A stretch of 64,000 nt of DNA from contig CM119385.1 of the NCBI GenBank assembly GCA_051294905.1, positions 8,184,001-8,248,000 of the forward strand, read 5' to 3'. This DNA comes from Botryllus schlosseri (Eukaryota). Position 1 is the stretch's first letter; each line of letters starts with the position of its first letter. The notes beneath the pieces were generated by a model that worked only from the letters and a program-made list of their open reading frames with translations, searched no databases and had not been told where the DNA came from. Made by a program: the position numbers and the translations under genes. This document shows positions 37,701-49,072 of the stretch, in pieces.

Positions 37701-40700
37701 ATCGAATGTGACTGTCTCACTGATTCCGAAAATCTAAATACTTAACGACTTCTCAATTCCCAAAGTATTCGGCGGTAACATAACGTTGCGTTACACGCAT
37801 ACATTTTATCACTGGCACTACACAGAGCTATACTTACCAATCAAGAACGCGGGGATAGCTATGGCGTTGTTTGTAATTCGAGTTTGTAATTGTGAATGTC
37901 ACATCCACAACAGTTCATTTCTCGCGGTAGATCAGCAAGACAATTTGTATTTGAAAGCTGCTTTTTGAAATGGGCGTCGCCATGTCTGCTATGATCTTTG
38001 ATTAATCAACGTATCGCACAATTCAAGATTTCGATTCGGGTACAAAGAATTCGCGAGAGACATTGGCCGCCGGCGTGACAGCTACTCAAATTTGATCATT
38101 TTCAAAAGAGGGGGTCCGCGCCCTAAACCTGAAGACAGCATTGTCTTTACCTCTCAAAGACATGTTAATACTGCCACGAGAATGATTATATTGGCCGTGA
38201 TTAAAATTTACCAACAACTCGCTGCAATATTGATCAATTCAGTACACAAATAAATATTAGGCAAAGAGCCATATCTTATACCCAAAAGAGCCATATATGG
38301 CTTGCAAGCCATAGGTTCCCGACCACTGATATAGAGTATAGTAACTGGGCGGATCTGAAAAAGCTCACCCACCACAAGTTGGCTTCATCCTTGTAAACTC
38401 TGTGAGGACTTGGTTGCATTATATATTGATCTTGGTATTAGATGATTAACATTATTCGTTAGACCCAGGTGGGTGTGTGATTTCAAAGATTACTTCAAGT
38501 CATTTCGATACCTTCCTATCTTTTCATTGTATCGCAGTCTTGTGGTTTTGAAATGATGAAAATATTAATAGTGATACTGATTCTGTTGAGAAGAATTTAA
38601 TATCATGATGTTTCAATGGCGTGCATTCGAATCGCTACTTGTCTGATAACATAATGCCTTTGTTGTTTAGGGGAGGTATTGTCGAGCAAGACGACCTCAC
38701 GAAAGCACTAAAAGATGGGAGCATAGCTGCAGCTGGGCTTGATGTAACCACTCCCGAGCCCTTGCCTACGAATCACGCTCTCTTCAACATGAAAAATTGT
38801 GGTAAGCTGTGATATTTGGGAGGTCTTCCAGTACGATAGTGGACTTGCTTAAAACCAGGGGTGGTCAGTAATGAAGTACTTCTACTTTTCTGAAATACTC
38901 AAGTTACATTTTATGATTGGATTTTTAAAAGTAGATAGTAGTGTTAGCATAATTTCGCATCACTTCAATGAGTGAAGTTGTCATAAAAACCATGTGAAAT
39001 AGCCCCTGTATCATGAATTTAGATCTGAGGATTGATCCCATTTGTAGCGACGTAGCGTCATCAGTCATTTAGCGTTAGCCGCGAAGATACATATTGCAAT
39101 TTCGAAAGCAGTGACCTCCGATTAACTATATTAAGTATGCGACACCTTAGTGTTTGAAATCACTTACTTGAGTACTTGTCACAGCTTCCATTTTGTGCTT
39201 TTACATGATATAGTTTGGGTATTTCGTGGAAATACCTACTTCTACCTGCAATTGAGTAAAAATTTGCGACGTTACTTCTACTTCTACTTGAGTAGCAACG
39301 CTGGATGCTTTGACCACCTCTGCTTAAAACGGAGCTGGGTGGCCATCAATATTTTTTTAATGTGCTTCACTTCACATAACATGATCGTAGTTTTATAAGA
39401 CGCAGTATTAACACTTGTCTCATTAAAGACTCCCATAACAGTTACGTGGAAATAAATTGTCTCTGTTGCCTAAAGCCCTAGGGCCTAGATAAACACTTGT
39501 GTGTATCGGTTAGCCCTGGAAGGTATGACCCTGAATTTCGTCCATCAATTATGATCTGCCTATAAAACCTTACAGACCGAGACTTGTGTTGCGATTGCGC
39601 GCTGACGGCAATAATGAATAGGTGTGTTGGCGATTGAAAATTTTCGATAATGACAATCGTCACGGTTCCGCGTTGACGTCACAATGGCAACGGCGTGCTA
39701 TTTTGCAAAATCTCACACAGACATTTGATAGCTTCTTACGGCTAAGCTTTCGACTGAGGACTAGTTATTGCGCGAGTGGATATTAAATGCACACTAAATC
39801 CAAATTATCATTTTCTAGAATCAGGACTGTATGACGACCAAATGTTATAATATAAATACTCAATTTTTTTCATATCCTCAATCACAAAAATAACTGATTT
39901 TCACCCAAATCCTGTCATATTCACGAAATAGTACAATAACGCGCCCCTCTTTGAGGATAGTTGCATGAGCGTATAATAACCAGTGGTGGTTTAGGTAGCG
40001 ACCCTCTCTACTCAAGTAAAAGTAGCGATCTTCAAGACATGTCAAAACAAACTCAAGCGGAAGTAGAAAAAAACGAGTGTCTCAAAAGTGCCCAAGTATG
40101 CAGTTTCAAAAACTAGATTTGGCCGAGGGGTCGCTCATTTTTAGCAGTTGATCTCGTGGTTCCCAACCTTTTTCGACTCATCGTCCCCATATCAAGCTCG
40201 ACACAAATTTTTGCCGCCCATATTTCCGGATCCGAAAAAGACGAACATACAAACGAGAAATTTATTCGCCTAACTGTGATATCGCTGGTGTGAATTGACT
40301 AAAAAAATATCACTTTCCGTCTGGTTGACCTTTTTTGTTCAATTTTTGCGTAATATACAGAGTAAGCCATCGTCACGTGAATTTTTTGGCCGTGTTAATT
40401 AGGTGTATCTCACTGTACGCTCCAACATTTTCGTCCCCCAATAGCCCCCTTTGGTATTTTCACCCACTGAGGGCGATATCGCCCACGGTGGGAGCCACCG
40501 AGTTAATTGTCGGTGGCTGCTTTCTAAATCGCATGATGTATGTTCTCGACTAATGCGGATTGACTAATGGCGCTACAGATAGGCGCAATCTTCGAACATA
40601 ATATTCAATTACCGTGACGCATAGAGGGTATCTAACGCAGTTGTCAGAATTTCACTCGTAAATATAATACAAACTCATCCCGAAACTACTTTGTACTTTG

Positions 40701-41080
40701 AAAAATGCCAGGACAGCTGTTCAAGCATAAGTGGTCTAAAGACATGACCAGTGACCACTCAAGTCAATAGTGCAAGTAGAAAAAGTCGACCGAAATACTC
40801 CGAAAAACTAGAAGTTCGTTACTAACCAGACCACCTCTGTCCACAACACACGCAATCAAGCAAAAGATGACAAATGAGCTGCCGGATGCGAAATTTCTGT
40901 GTTACAGTTTATTGGCAGGTGACATTAGCGTATAGTAACTGTTGTCTCTTCTGCTCAGTTATCACGCCGCACATCGCGAGCGCCTCCTTACAAACACGCA
41001 CCAGGATGGCTACGCTGGCTGCGGAGAACCTTATATGCGGCTTGGAAGGCAAAGAAATGCCCGCGAAATACATCGTGTAG
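31711..41080 (+). CDS. GRHPR: Glyoxylate reductase/hydroxypyruvate reductase, 8 exons
   Basis: Exons 31711-31784, 35357-35487, 35642-35760, 35916-35986, 36084-36280, 37225-37360, 38671-38801, 40959-41080, all phases consistent. Motifs [69 protein letters not shown] and PHIASAS. Confidence 0.95.
32640..33893. mobile_element. Foldback-type DNA transposon derivative (Merlin- or Mutator/Foldback-like)
   Basis: Perfect terminal inverted repeat GGCACTTCTTCGATAGTAGGTAGA, extending imperfectly about 90 bp; TSD CAAGATGT (32632-32639 and 33894-33901); internal inverted tandem arrays. Confidence 0.85.
32747..33770. repeat. Inverted G-rich/C-rich arrays of a ~22-bp TTAGGG-containing unit (GGGGGATATTAGGGTTGCGGGA)
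   Basis: G-rich arm 32747-33340, short spacer, C-rich complementary arm 33361-33770. Confidence 0.9.
34500..34826 (-). mobile_element. tRNA(Asp-like)-headed SINE; its 3' part recurs at about 16560-16660, 31840-31960, 38460-38560, 41640-41720, 45900-46000 and 49340-49500
   Basis: Minus strand 34826-34755 reads GGGGAAGATAGCGTAGTGGT..GCCTGCCGC..GGGTTCGATTCCGCAACGGAGG, with A and B boxes but a non-pairing acceptor stem. The body continues into CCTATCT(G/T)TTCATT..ATCGCA blocks seen in the other copies. Confidence 0.65.
37391..38328. mobile_element. hAT-type non-autonomous element
   Basis: TIRs CAGTGGTCGGGAACC / GGTTCCCGACCACTG; TSD ATATAGGG / ATATAGAG; AAGAGCCATA subterminal repeats. Confidence 0.8.
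38856..39322. mobile_element. hAT-type MITE of the TACTTGAGTA-rich family (many degenerate fragments across the window)
   Basis: TIRs CAGGGGTGGTCA / TGACCACCTCTG; perfect TSD CTTAAAAC. Confidence 0.85.
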
Positions 41081-41199
41081 TCCTAGTCACGCATGTTTCA
41101 CAGTCTTCAGCGTTGTATACTCTTGCTTTTGTGCGTTTGCTCAGTTTGCCTTTATGAAAAGATAAAATTCAATTCGTTCTCGCTTCTCGTGGCGCATTG

Positions 41200-44100
41200 C
41201 TAGTCTGGAAATGTTGCCGGTCGTATCTTCATGCTTGAAGTCTTCAGGGAGTACCACAGTCCGGTCCAGGGGCCCCAGATCATTGCGTTGTCGAAGCCGT
41301 ACAATGTGTCAGTCGCTCTTAAGACACGATGTATATTTTAGCGTGAGGTTATTTAATCGTAAATTTTAGTCACGATTGGTTAAAGCAGTCGGCGTAGAAA
41401 TAAAAGTAACGTGGAAAATTTCTCCTCAATTACCAGTGGAAGTACAAGAAACAGGTCAGGAAATTACTGAAGTAAGTACTTCGGAAAACAAGATTTGGTC
41501 GGGGGCTCACATATTTTGCAGTTACTTGGGAGGGGGCTATTTAAGAATTTCAAGATATGCGTCTGACGCAAAATGATTATATTGATACTAAAAATAGATG
41601 TGAATTTCGAAATATACTCTGTCGCCGTGCTACGGTGGCTATTGGTTTATTATTAGCAATTTTATCAGTTCAATACACCACAAAAAATGCGATACAATGA
41701 AAAGACAGGAAGATTTCGCCCGGTTGTTGTAATAGCTTCATATGAGTGATGTAAACATCAGGGTTGTAACCAAAAGTCATATGGTTCCGAGTCACAAGTC
41801 AAATCTCACTTTTATAGATTTGACTCGAACCAAGTCGAGACATTTTTAATTCACCGCCGAGTCAAGTCCAAGTCAGTGAAAAGAGGGTCGAGTCCGAGTC
41901 ATGGTGTTGTGACCCGAGTGCGAGTCATTGTGTTCACTGTTCAGTTTTGAGTTTAATCCGGTGCAATCCACTTGTTTCAACTCTGCTCGAATGATATAGA
42001 ATGGCTCGCATTCATGATATCGTAATTTTCCTCAGTTCTAGCAGTTTCTGGTCCTATTTTCCAAGTATCGGGACTGATAGACGAAATGCCAACAATGTGG
42101 TGACTTGACTATTCTTTGAAGTTGCAATGAAAAGTCTGTCTTTGCCGTCGTCCTAGTCTCCACTCATATGACTTGGTTCGACTCATGCACAATGGCTCGA
42201 GTACAAGTCGAGTCGATACACAAATTGCCTCAAGTCGAGTCACCAAAAAGTCATGACTCGAGTCATTACAGCCCTGGTAAACAGCCCTATACTTCTACTC
42301 TTCAACATCCAAAGTCTAAATAGTTTTGTCTCAGAACTGTTAAGTAGACAACGTGACAGTAGCCTAGCCTAAGACAGTGGTTCTCAACCGCCGGTCCGCC
42401 AGGTAGGCAATATCACAATCTTATATACCTTAATTTCAAGATGCAATGTTGAAGGCTTGCCATTGATAAAATAAATACGACATCAAATTTTGAACTGATT
42501 CAGAACGTCGTGAGGTAACATTAGGGCTGGAAACATGTTCAATTTGACTTGAAGTTCAAGACGCGTCATTTGACGACATGCGAGCGACAAGTACAGAACA
42601 GATACGAGCTGACTCATCGCTAAACAGCGCAGTTTGCGTGATCATTCGTTTTCGATTCATTTGTTTTGTGCAGGACCGTAACTGGGGCACCCCAAACCGC
42701 CCAATTGGAGAGGCGTCGAGCTTAGAAGGGGGCCAAAACTATTTTGCAAATGATCATTCATCATAGCGTATTTTTTGTCGGCAGCGAGAAAACCGATTCA
42801 GTCATGAATGATAGAAAATTTTCGCTATTGGCGCGATTAAGCTACATAAACTCTCTGCTTACACTGAGTAGAATGAATGTGCTCACAATTACAGGTGAAA
42901 ACATGCACCCAACTGTGGGGTCTGGGGGCAAAGCTCCCAGAAGTTTGGCTTATCGCCCTGTGGGGGCCCAAGACAAACGTTTTTCGGGTGGGCTGACGAA
43001 GTGTTTTTTCGGCCCGGATTTGCGGATGGCAGGTATAGCTGCTGTAAGGTGTGTTCGTGTGGCGCATTGTATTCGTAGGTGCCAGAGTAGCCTGCGTCTG
43101 GTGGTAGTGGGCAATGAACAAGGTGCTTGGTTCGACTCCGAAACGCTTCTTCTCTCGATATTGTCAAAGAGAAAGATATTATTCGAGTTGGCGCGGTCGG
43201 TTAAACCCACGGTCTTCTGCGCGAAAGACTAAACGATCGGCTGACTCTCGATGGTAGCATGTTTTTATCTGGACAAGGCAATTTTACCTCGACTCGGCAG
43301 ACTCGATCACTACCACAAAATCACATGGATACCATCATGAAGATGATTAATTACGAATTACGATCGAACCCTCCAAATGTCACTCTCTAGCACCATATAA
43401 TTGCAAAAAACGGTTGCATACTTTACATTTTGGTTTCATTTCAATTTTTGAAAGACCACCGGTCCGCCAGAAATCTTTTGAAATTTTACCGGTCCGCGAG
43501 GTGAAAAAGGTTGAGAACCACTGGTCTAAGAACATGGCTATAGTTGAGTGAGTAGTACAAGCAGATAAAAAAAAATTAAGTACCCCAAAAAGTAGAAGTA
43601 GGCTACTTCGTTACTGACTAACTCTAATTTTGGTACGAAGACAGTTAACAAAAGACATTTCACCGAAAATAAATAAATTATCATTAGTGGATTGTTCAGG
43701 CGCATTGGCTGCGCCGTATATCGTATCTACAGAGTGAAACCAGAGATGAGCATGGACTAGGATTAGGATTTGAAAAAACCGGATTTGGTAAATTTTGTCA
43801 GATTTGGATTGGATTAGGATTAGAGATTTTTTCTGAACGGATTAGGATTTGGATTGGATTATCCGATTTTCTGGGAGATTGATAGGTCGTGTGGCGAATG
43901 ACGACAAACTTTATTCAGATCAGTTATTAATGTAGTTATGGTACACTACACTATGGCACACTCGCTGCCAATGAACATGAGAGGTGCATCCCTATGCTAA
44001 GTTATCTTAAATCTATAGAATTGTTGGTTGTGAAAGAATAATTTCCAATTCCTCCCTTGCATAAATTAGCATTTTTTCTGAATTTCAAGTTACAATCGGA

Positions 44101-47100
44101 TTAGGATTAGACATGGATTTGAATATACAAAAGTTCTGGATTAGGATTTGGACTAGGATTTGAAGCTTCGGATATGGATTGGATTAGGACATAGAAATTT
44201 CAAATCCGCTCATCTATCATCGCTTATCTCCATATTATAAGAAACTTCGCATTCTTAAAGTTGAAGACATATATATTTTTGAATTAGCAAAGTTCATGTA
44301 CAAGTTTAACAAACAAGAAGTTCCAGATTCACTTGTAAACTACTTTGAATACTGCATGCATATACACAACTACGGTACTCGATCTAAGAGCTCTTCCAAC
44401 CTATTTATGTCTAATTCCGACAATGCTTTTCCTCCCTTGAAGCGTGCTGGAATCGATGTGTGGAATAAATTGCCCCCGCGACTTAAAAGTATGAGTTTTC
44501 CGTCATTCAAGACGGAGTTCCTTGACTTACTTCTCAGTAAGTAGTAGTACTAATCGCCATCGGATGTACTCCCCATGTACTATTGCATCAAGGCATCCAC
44601 TATGTACTTCGTTGTTGTTTTTCTATTTTCGTTGATTTATTTTTGATTTTTTACAAACCACCATAACTAGTAAGCATGAGTGTATGTATCTATTCTATAT
44701 ACTTGTTTCTAATCTCCTAGGTTCCGGCTTGACATGAAGATCGTAAGGATCATATCGCCGGCACCCGTCTATACCGTTATAGAGCCAGTTACATGCTATT
44801 ATTACTGTGTATGTGTTGCTATTATTACTGTGTTTTTTGTTTTGTTATGAGTAATTTTTTGCATACTCATTCTGTTTATTCCAGTTGACGAAGAAATAAA
44901 TCTCTCTCTCTCTCTCTCTGAGTGAAACACGACCAGTAGGCCTGCGTTGTTAGAGTTATGATATGACGTCACAATACTGGAATTCCCCGTAAAAACAGTA
45001 GGCCTAGCTAACAGCAGACTAACTGCCAACTATTAGGAAACTTCAACTAAAGATGGACTACCTGTAAAATCCGTTGTTGTAGATTCTGCCGTTCAGGTTA
45101 ACAGCCGAGCACCGGTTGAACCACCAACCGCCGCCATCTTGATGAGCGCAGTCATCTGTTAATCGCATCATGACCCTTATCAGCCACTTTAGAGATACTT
45201 TACCAGGGTTGTTAAATCCGGACCTTGTCCGTCTCGATATTTAGTTTTTAGCAAAACCAAATCAATTATCGTTGATTTGCAAAAAGTGCAGACAGTGTTT
45301 TTATTCTTTTTGCTCATTTGCAGCTGTGATTCAGCGTTTTCAAACATGAACTTTATAAAGAACAGATTTTGTTTCTGTATGACAAGTGAAAACCTTCACC
45401 ACCGCCTTCACTCGCTCTCACCACTTGAAAATTGAGATTCAAAGAATTAGCGAGAAATAAAAAGTGCCAATTCTCCGACTAGCGGTGACTATAACAATAA
45501 CAGATCAACAAATACATTTCGCTTCTTGCTTTTGCTAATAACGCTTTTATATATCGTTATAGCGTAGGCAATTGCATTTGTATGACAGTAAATTCTTCCA
45601 TGAGCGCTATAACGGACTTGAGCAAATTTAGTAGCTCTGTATTATACGCTCAATCCCCGCAATAATACCTACACTGATACATATCGTTGTCACGGTCAAA
45701 CGTGCTGAAGTTCATTCCGTCGTGAGAGGTATACATAATATCGTCGACGTGTCCGAAGTTATGCCCGAAAAATCCGTCGCCAATGCGCATGTCAGGCTCC
45801 GCCGCGGGCACGTATCCCGTGACGTGAAGCTGATACTCGGAATCCTCCGGCCCGACTTCGAATGTCGTGTATCTCGCGTATCTGAGTTGAGTTTATTATT
45901 AACGATTTCGTCCTTTGCAAAACACCACAAGATTGCGATACAATTCAAAGATAGGGAGGTGTCGAAACGTTTTGAAGTAGTCTTTAAAATCAAACATCCA
46001 CCTGGGTCATGTAAGGAAGATGTATGCACACTGAATAAAACGTATTATAAGATAATATAAAAAGATAACATAATAATAAAATAAAAAGCACAAGCAGTAA
46101 AAATGAGGTGGCCTGAGTCGGAAGGCGGAGTCGATATATCAGATCGTATAGTCCGGTTATCTCCAGCGCTGACTAGTAGCCTATTCACCAGAGGTAATCA
46201 ATATCGAAGTAGGCCTACTTACAGGCAAAACCAAGTCAATAATACTTACTTGTTTTGCTTAGAGATCGCTACTTGTACTTAAGTAGAAATTTACGACGAT
46301 ACTTCTTCTGTTACTTCACTACCAGCGATGACCACCTTTGGTATTGACCCATTGAACCAATTAAAGTTTCAGAACTATATCTTACATTCGACATTTATAC
46401 ATACATACATGCATAGAATCCTACCCTGTGTTATCAGACCAGTCGGTTACATCAACTTGCAGGTGGTAGCGACGGGCTGACGTAATTGCGTGGATGGCTT
46501 CGTTTCCGATCCAAAAGTTTCCCCCGCCGTTGCAGTTCACTTCCCCGAATCCGTTCTTGTATGATAGCCAACTTCTGTTGAAATCTAGCACGTTGTCAAC
46601 GTGACTGTGAACGTAAGTCCAACCGCCGCCATCGTCCTATACAATAAAAAAGCCAGCTTAGTCCTTGAGGTCGTATTCCGATGGTAAGAGATCTAACTAT
46701 CACTCATATCAGAACTTCCGTTTAACAAATAGTGGTCAAAGTGGTTAACGTTGCTAGCCAAGTAGAAGTATCAATCACGCCGTGAATTTCTACTCATTTA
46801 CATGTAAAAGTAGCAGTTTTCAAGTTATGCCAAAACTACTTCAATTGAACATTTTCCATTTGGCTAAAGGCACTTTGACGGTAATTTTTGACCGGCTTGC
46901 CGAGCGCGAAATTTGATAAAACGGGTATCAATCGAAAGCTACCGCAGTACTGATTGCGAAAATATAATTTTGTTTCTGCTCGTGGTCCTGGAACCCCCCC
47001 CCCCAAAAAAAATATGCCTCGAATGTTGCATTGTAACGAAGTTTGGTATTGTGGCGCAACGACGCCATCTGGGTGCAGGTGAGAAGCAGCGCAAACCGCA

Positions 47101-49072
47101 AGCGTTGTCGCGCAACCGATTGAGCAATTGAGCATTCACACTCTTATACTCTCGTGCGCACTTGCTCCTGAGCTGCTCAGACGGTGGCGTCACAATACCA
47201 AACTCCGTTACAATGCAACATCCGAGGCTGATTTTGGTGGATTCCAGGACCACGATCACAATATAATTAATATTTTCGCAAGCAGTACCGCGGTAGCGTT
47301 CGATTCATAACCTATTTATCAAATTTCGCGCTAGGCAAGCCGGTCAAAAATTACCGTCAAAGTGCCTTCAGCCAAATGGAAAGTGTGGCATAGACTAATT
47401 TCCCTGAGCCGTGAGATTTGCTTGTGTCCACACTCGCGCTGCTGGATTCTGCGTGTAGGAGTCAGCGTTAATAGTGTCTAAGCTGATATAACACTTGCGC
47501 ACCTCCTGATCGCAGTAGACCGGAAACGGCACGGACCCCGGCTTCTCTTGAAGAAAATACACCCCGCTGTAGGTTCCGCCTTTACGTAAGATATCCGCGC
47601 AGTCTAAATCGTGAGTCCTTCATATATTAGGGTCATTAGCGACATATCAAAAAAGCAATACAAACGTACCTTTACCGATAATTTCGCTGGGACACTCTAC
47701 TGTTGAGTTCCCGCGGCAAAGACTTACGATCGAATTCATTCTGTTGCGTAGTAAGTGTATTTGCTCGATAGCTTGGCCGTGACCTCGCATGACTTCGGCG
47801 GTGATGGCCCCATTGTCTTTTACCAGGGATGTTATTTGCTCTGCTTTCTCCGATAACTGTTGATAATCGATGTTCCTTTCTCTTAACTCATCTAAATCGT
47901 AGACATCAAATTAAAATTGGGTTCGCGGGCCGGAGTCAAATTCAAAATTAGCGCGGACTCTATGCCTGAGTTCAAACTATCTTGAGAGAACAGGAGTGGA
48001 ATGTTAGCTGTGTCATCCAGGTTTGAACAGTAGAGACATACTGCGCCAATCGCTACTTGAATGCTACGTATTTGTTTGCGGAGTGTAGTCAGAGTGGTCG
48101 GGACGTTTTTATGCTACATAGCCGACAACGTTGCTTTCGGTACGATGTTGCGTTTAACTCTTACCGTTACGAAGGCCAATGCACCACCGACATTTCCTAA
48201 AATCACTATAACAGACTCGGAAAATTAAATCATTGGATAATTTGAATAATTAGAGCGAAATACCGGTAAGCTAGTTCTAAGCTAATTTGTGAAATGTTTC
48301 AAAGCTCTAATTTTATTATTATTATTATATTATTATTATTTTATTAATATTATTATTTATTATCTATTTTATTATCAAATATCTGCTCTTCCTCAAATTG
48401 GTACAGTAGAACTGTATGCAGCGCGAAACTACAAGGTGGGTGTACAGAGTTGCCATTATCGTTCTTATATGAGGATGAACTCTGATTTGATACGAACTGA
48501 ACTTGATTTTCGTTGCATTTCTTTCTAATAAAGATTTTAATTACATTTCCAATATTTTTCGAATTACATAATTCTAATTGCACTGTAATTTGAAAAATGG
48601 GTAGCAATAATTCAATTCTATAATCCAATTGGAAAAAGCTGTTTTTTTTTCTAGATGCCCAGCTCTGCACGGTATGTGCGATTCTTCAGCGTTATAGGGT
48701 GACAAGTTTTCCATCTTTGTACCTGCTGTCCGCGATTCAGGGTCACTCGCAGGCTGGCGCAGCTTATCCAGATCCTTCCGTATTTTTTTGATGTTCGCCG
48801 TCAAGTGAGACAGCCGCACTTTGGTATCGTGTTCGAACGCTTCTTGCGCTTTTGCGGTGTGGCACGATGTCTCGGCGAAAATCTGCGATTACATTACAAG
48901 CCTACATCGTTACGAGAAAACTCACTGTACTTTCTATCTACATAGATGGGTCAAGATTGCGATCTAGATTCGAACGACAGCTGTCCATTTTTAGGTAATG
49001 CACACTTACTCTGTTACTCCACAAAAGATGTAAGATTAAGAAAAGCCCCGAAACGTGCATCTTCGTAGTCAT
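41200..49072 (-). CDS. Secreted fibrinogen-like protein (signal peptide + coiled coil + FReD), 'gene C', beta/gamma-chain-like
   Basis: Exons 49072-49010, 48882-48723, possible unresolved exons near 48200-47950, 47891-47670, 47603-47503, 46636-46425, 45881-45673, 45155-45062, 41317-41200. Signal peptide [24 protein letters not shown]; [21 protein letters not shown]; [50 protein letters not shown] and [27 protein letters not shown]. Confidence 0.9.
41759..42276. mobile_element. hAT-type MITE (GACTCGAGTC family)
   Basis: TIRs CAGGGTTGTAA / TTACAGCCCTG; TSD GTAAACAT / GTAAACAG. Confidence 0.85.
42375..43523. mobile_element. hAT-type non-autonomous element with a nested repeat
   Basis: TIRs CAGTGGTTCTCAACC / GGTTGAGAACCACTG; TSD GCCTAAGA / GTCTAAGA; CCGGTCCGC subterminal motifs; contains a copy of the 15646-type repeat. 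Confidence 0.8.
43741..44218. mobile_element. MITE-like element rich in GGATT/GGATTAGG repeats
   Basis: Ends CAGAGATGAGC / GCTCATCTAT; clustered GGATTAGGATTTGGATTGGATT motifs at both ends. Confidence 0.6.
44215..44544 (+). mobile_element. 5'-truncated LINE (CR1/L2-clade-like) ORF2 C-terminal fragment
   Basis: [50 protein letters not shown] resembles the post-RT C-terminus of CR1/L2 LINEs. Confidence 0.7.
48309..48375. repeat. (ATT)n microsatellite
   Basis: Directly visible imperfect ATT run. Confidence 0.85.

Noticed and set aside
42744-43232. 162-aa ORF and overlapping minus-strand ORFs
   Set aside because: They lie within a hAT derivative and a nested repeat, with no recognisable protein motif.
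47925-47945. GPR (A-knob) codons in gene C
   Set aside because: They fall in presumed intron sequence, in a frame that ends at a stop and cannot be spliced in phase.
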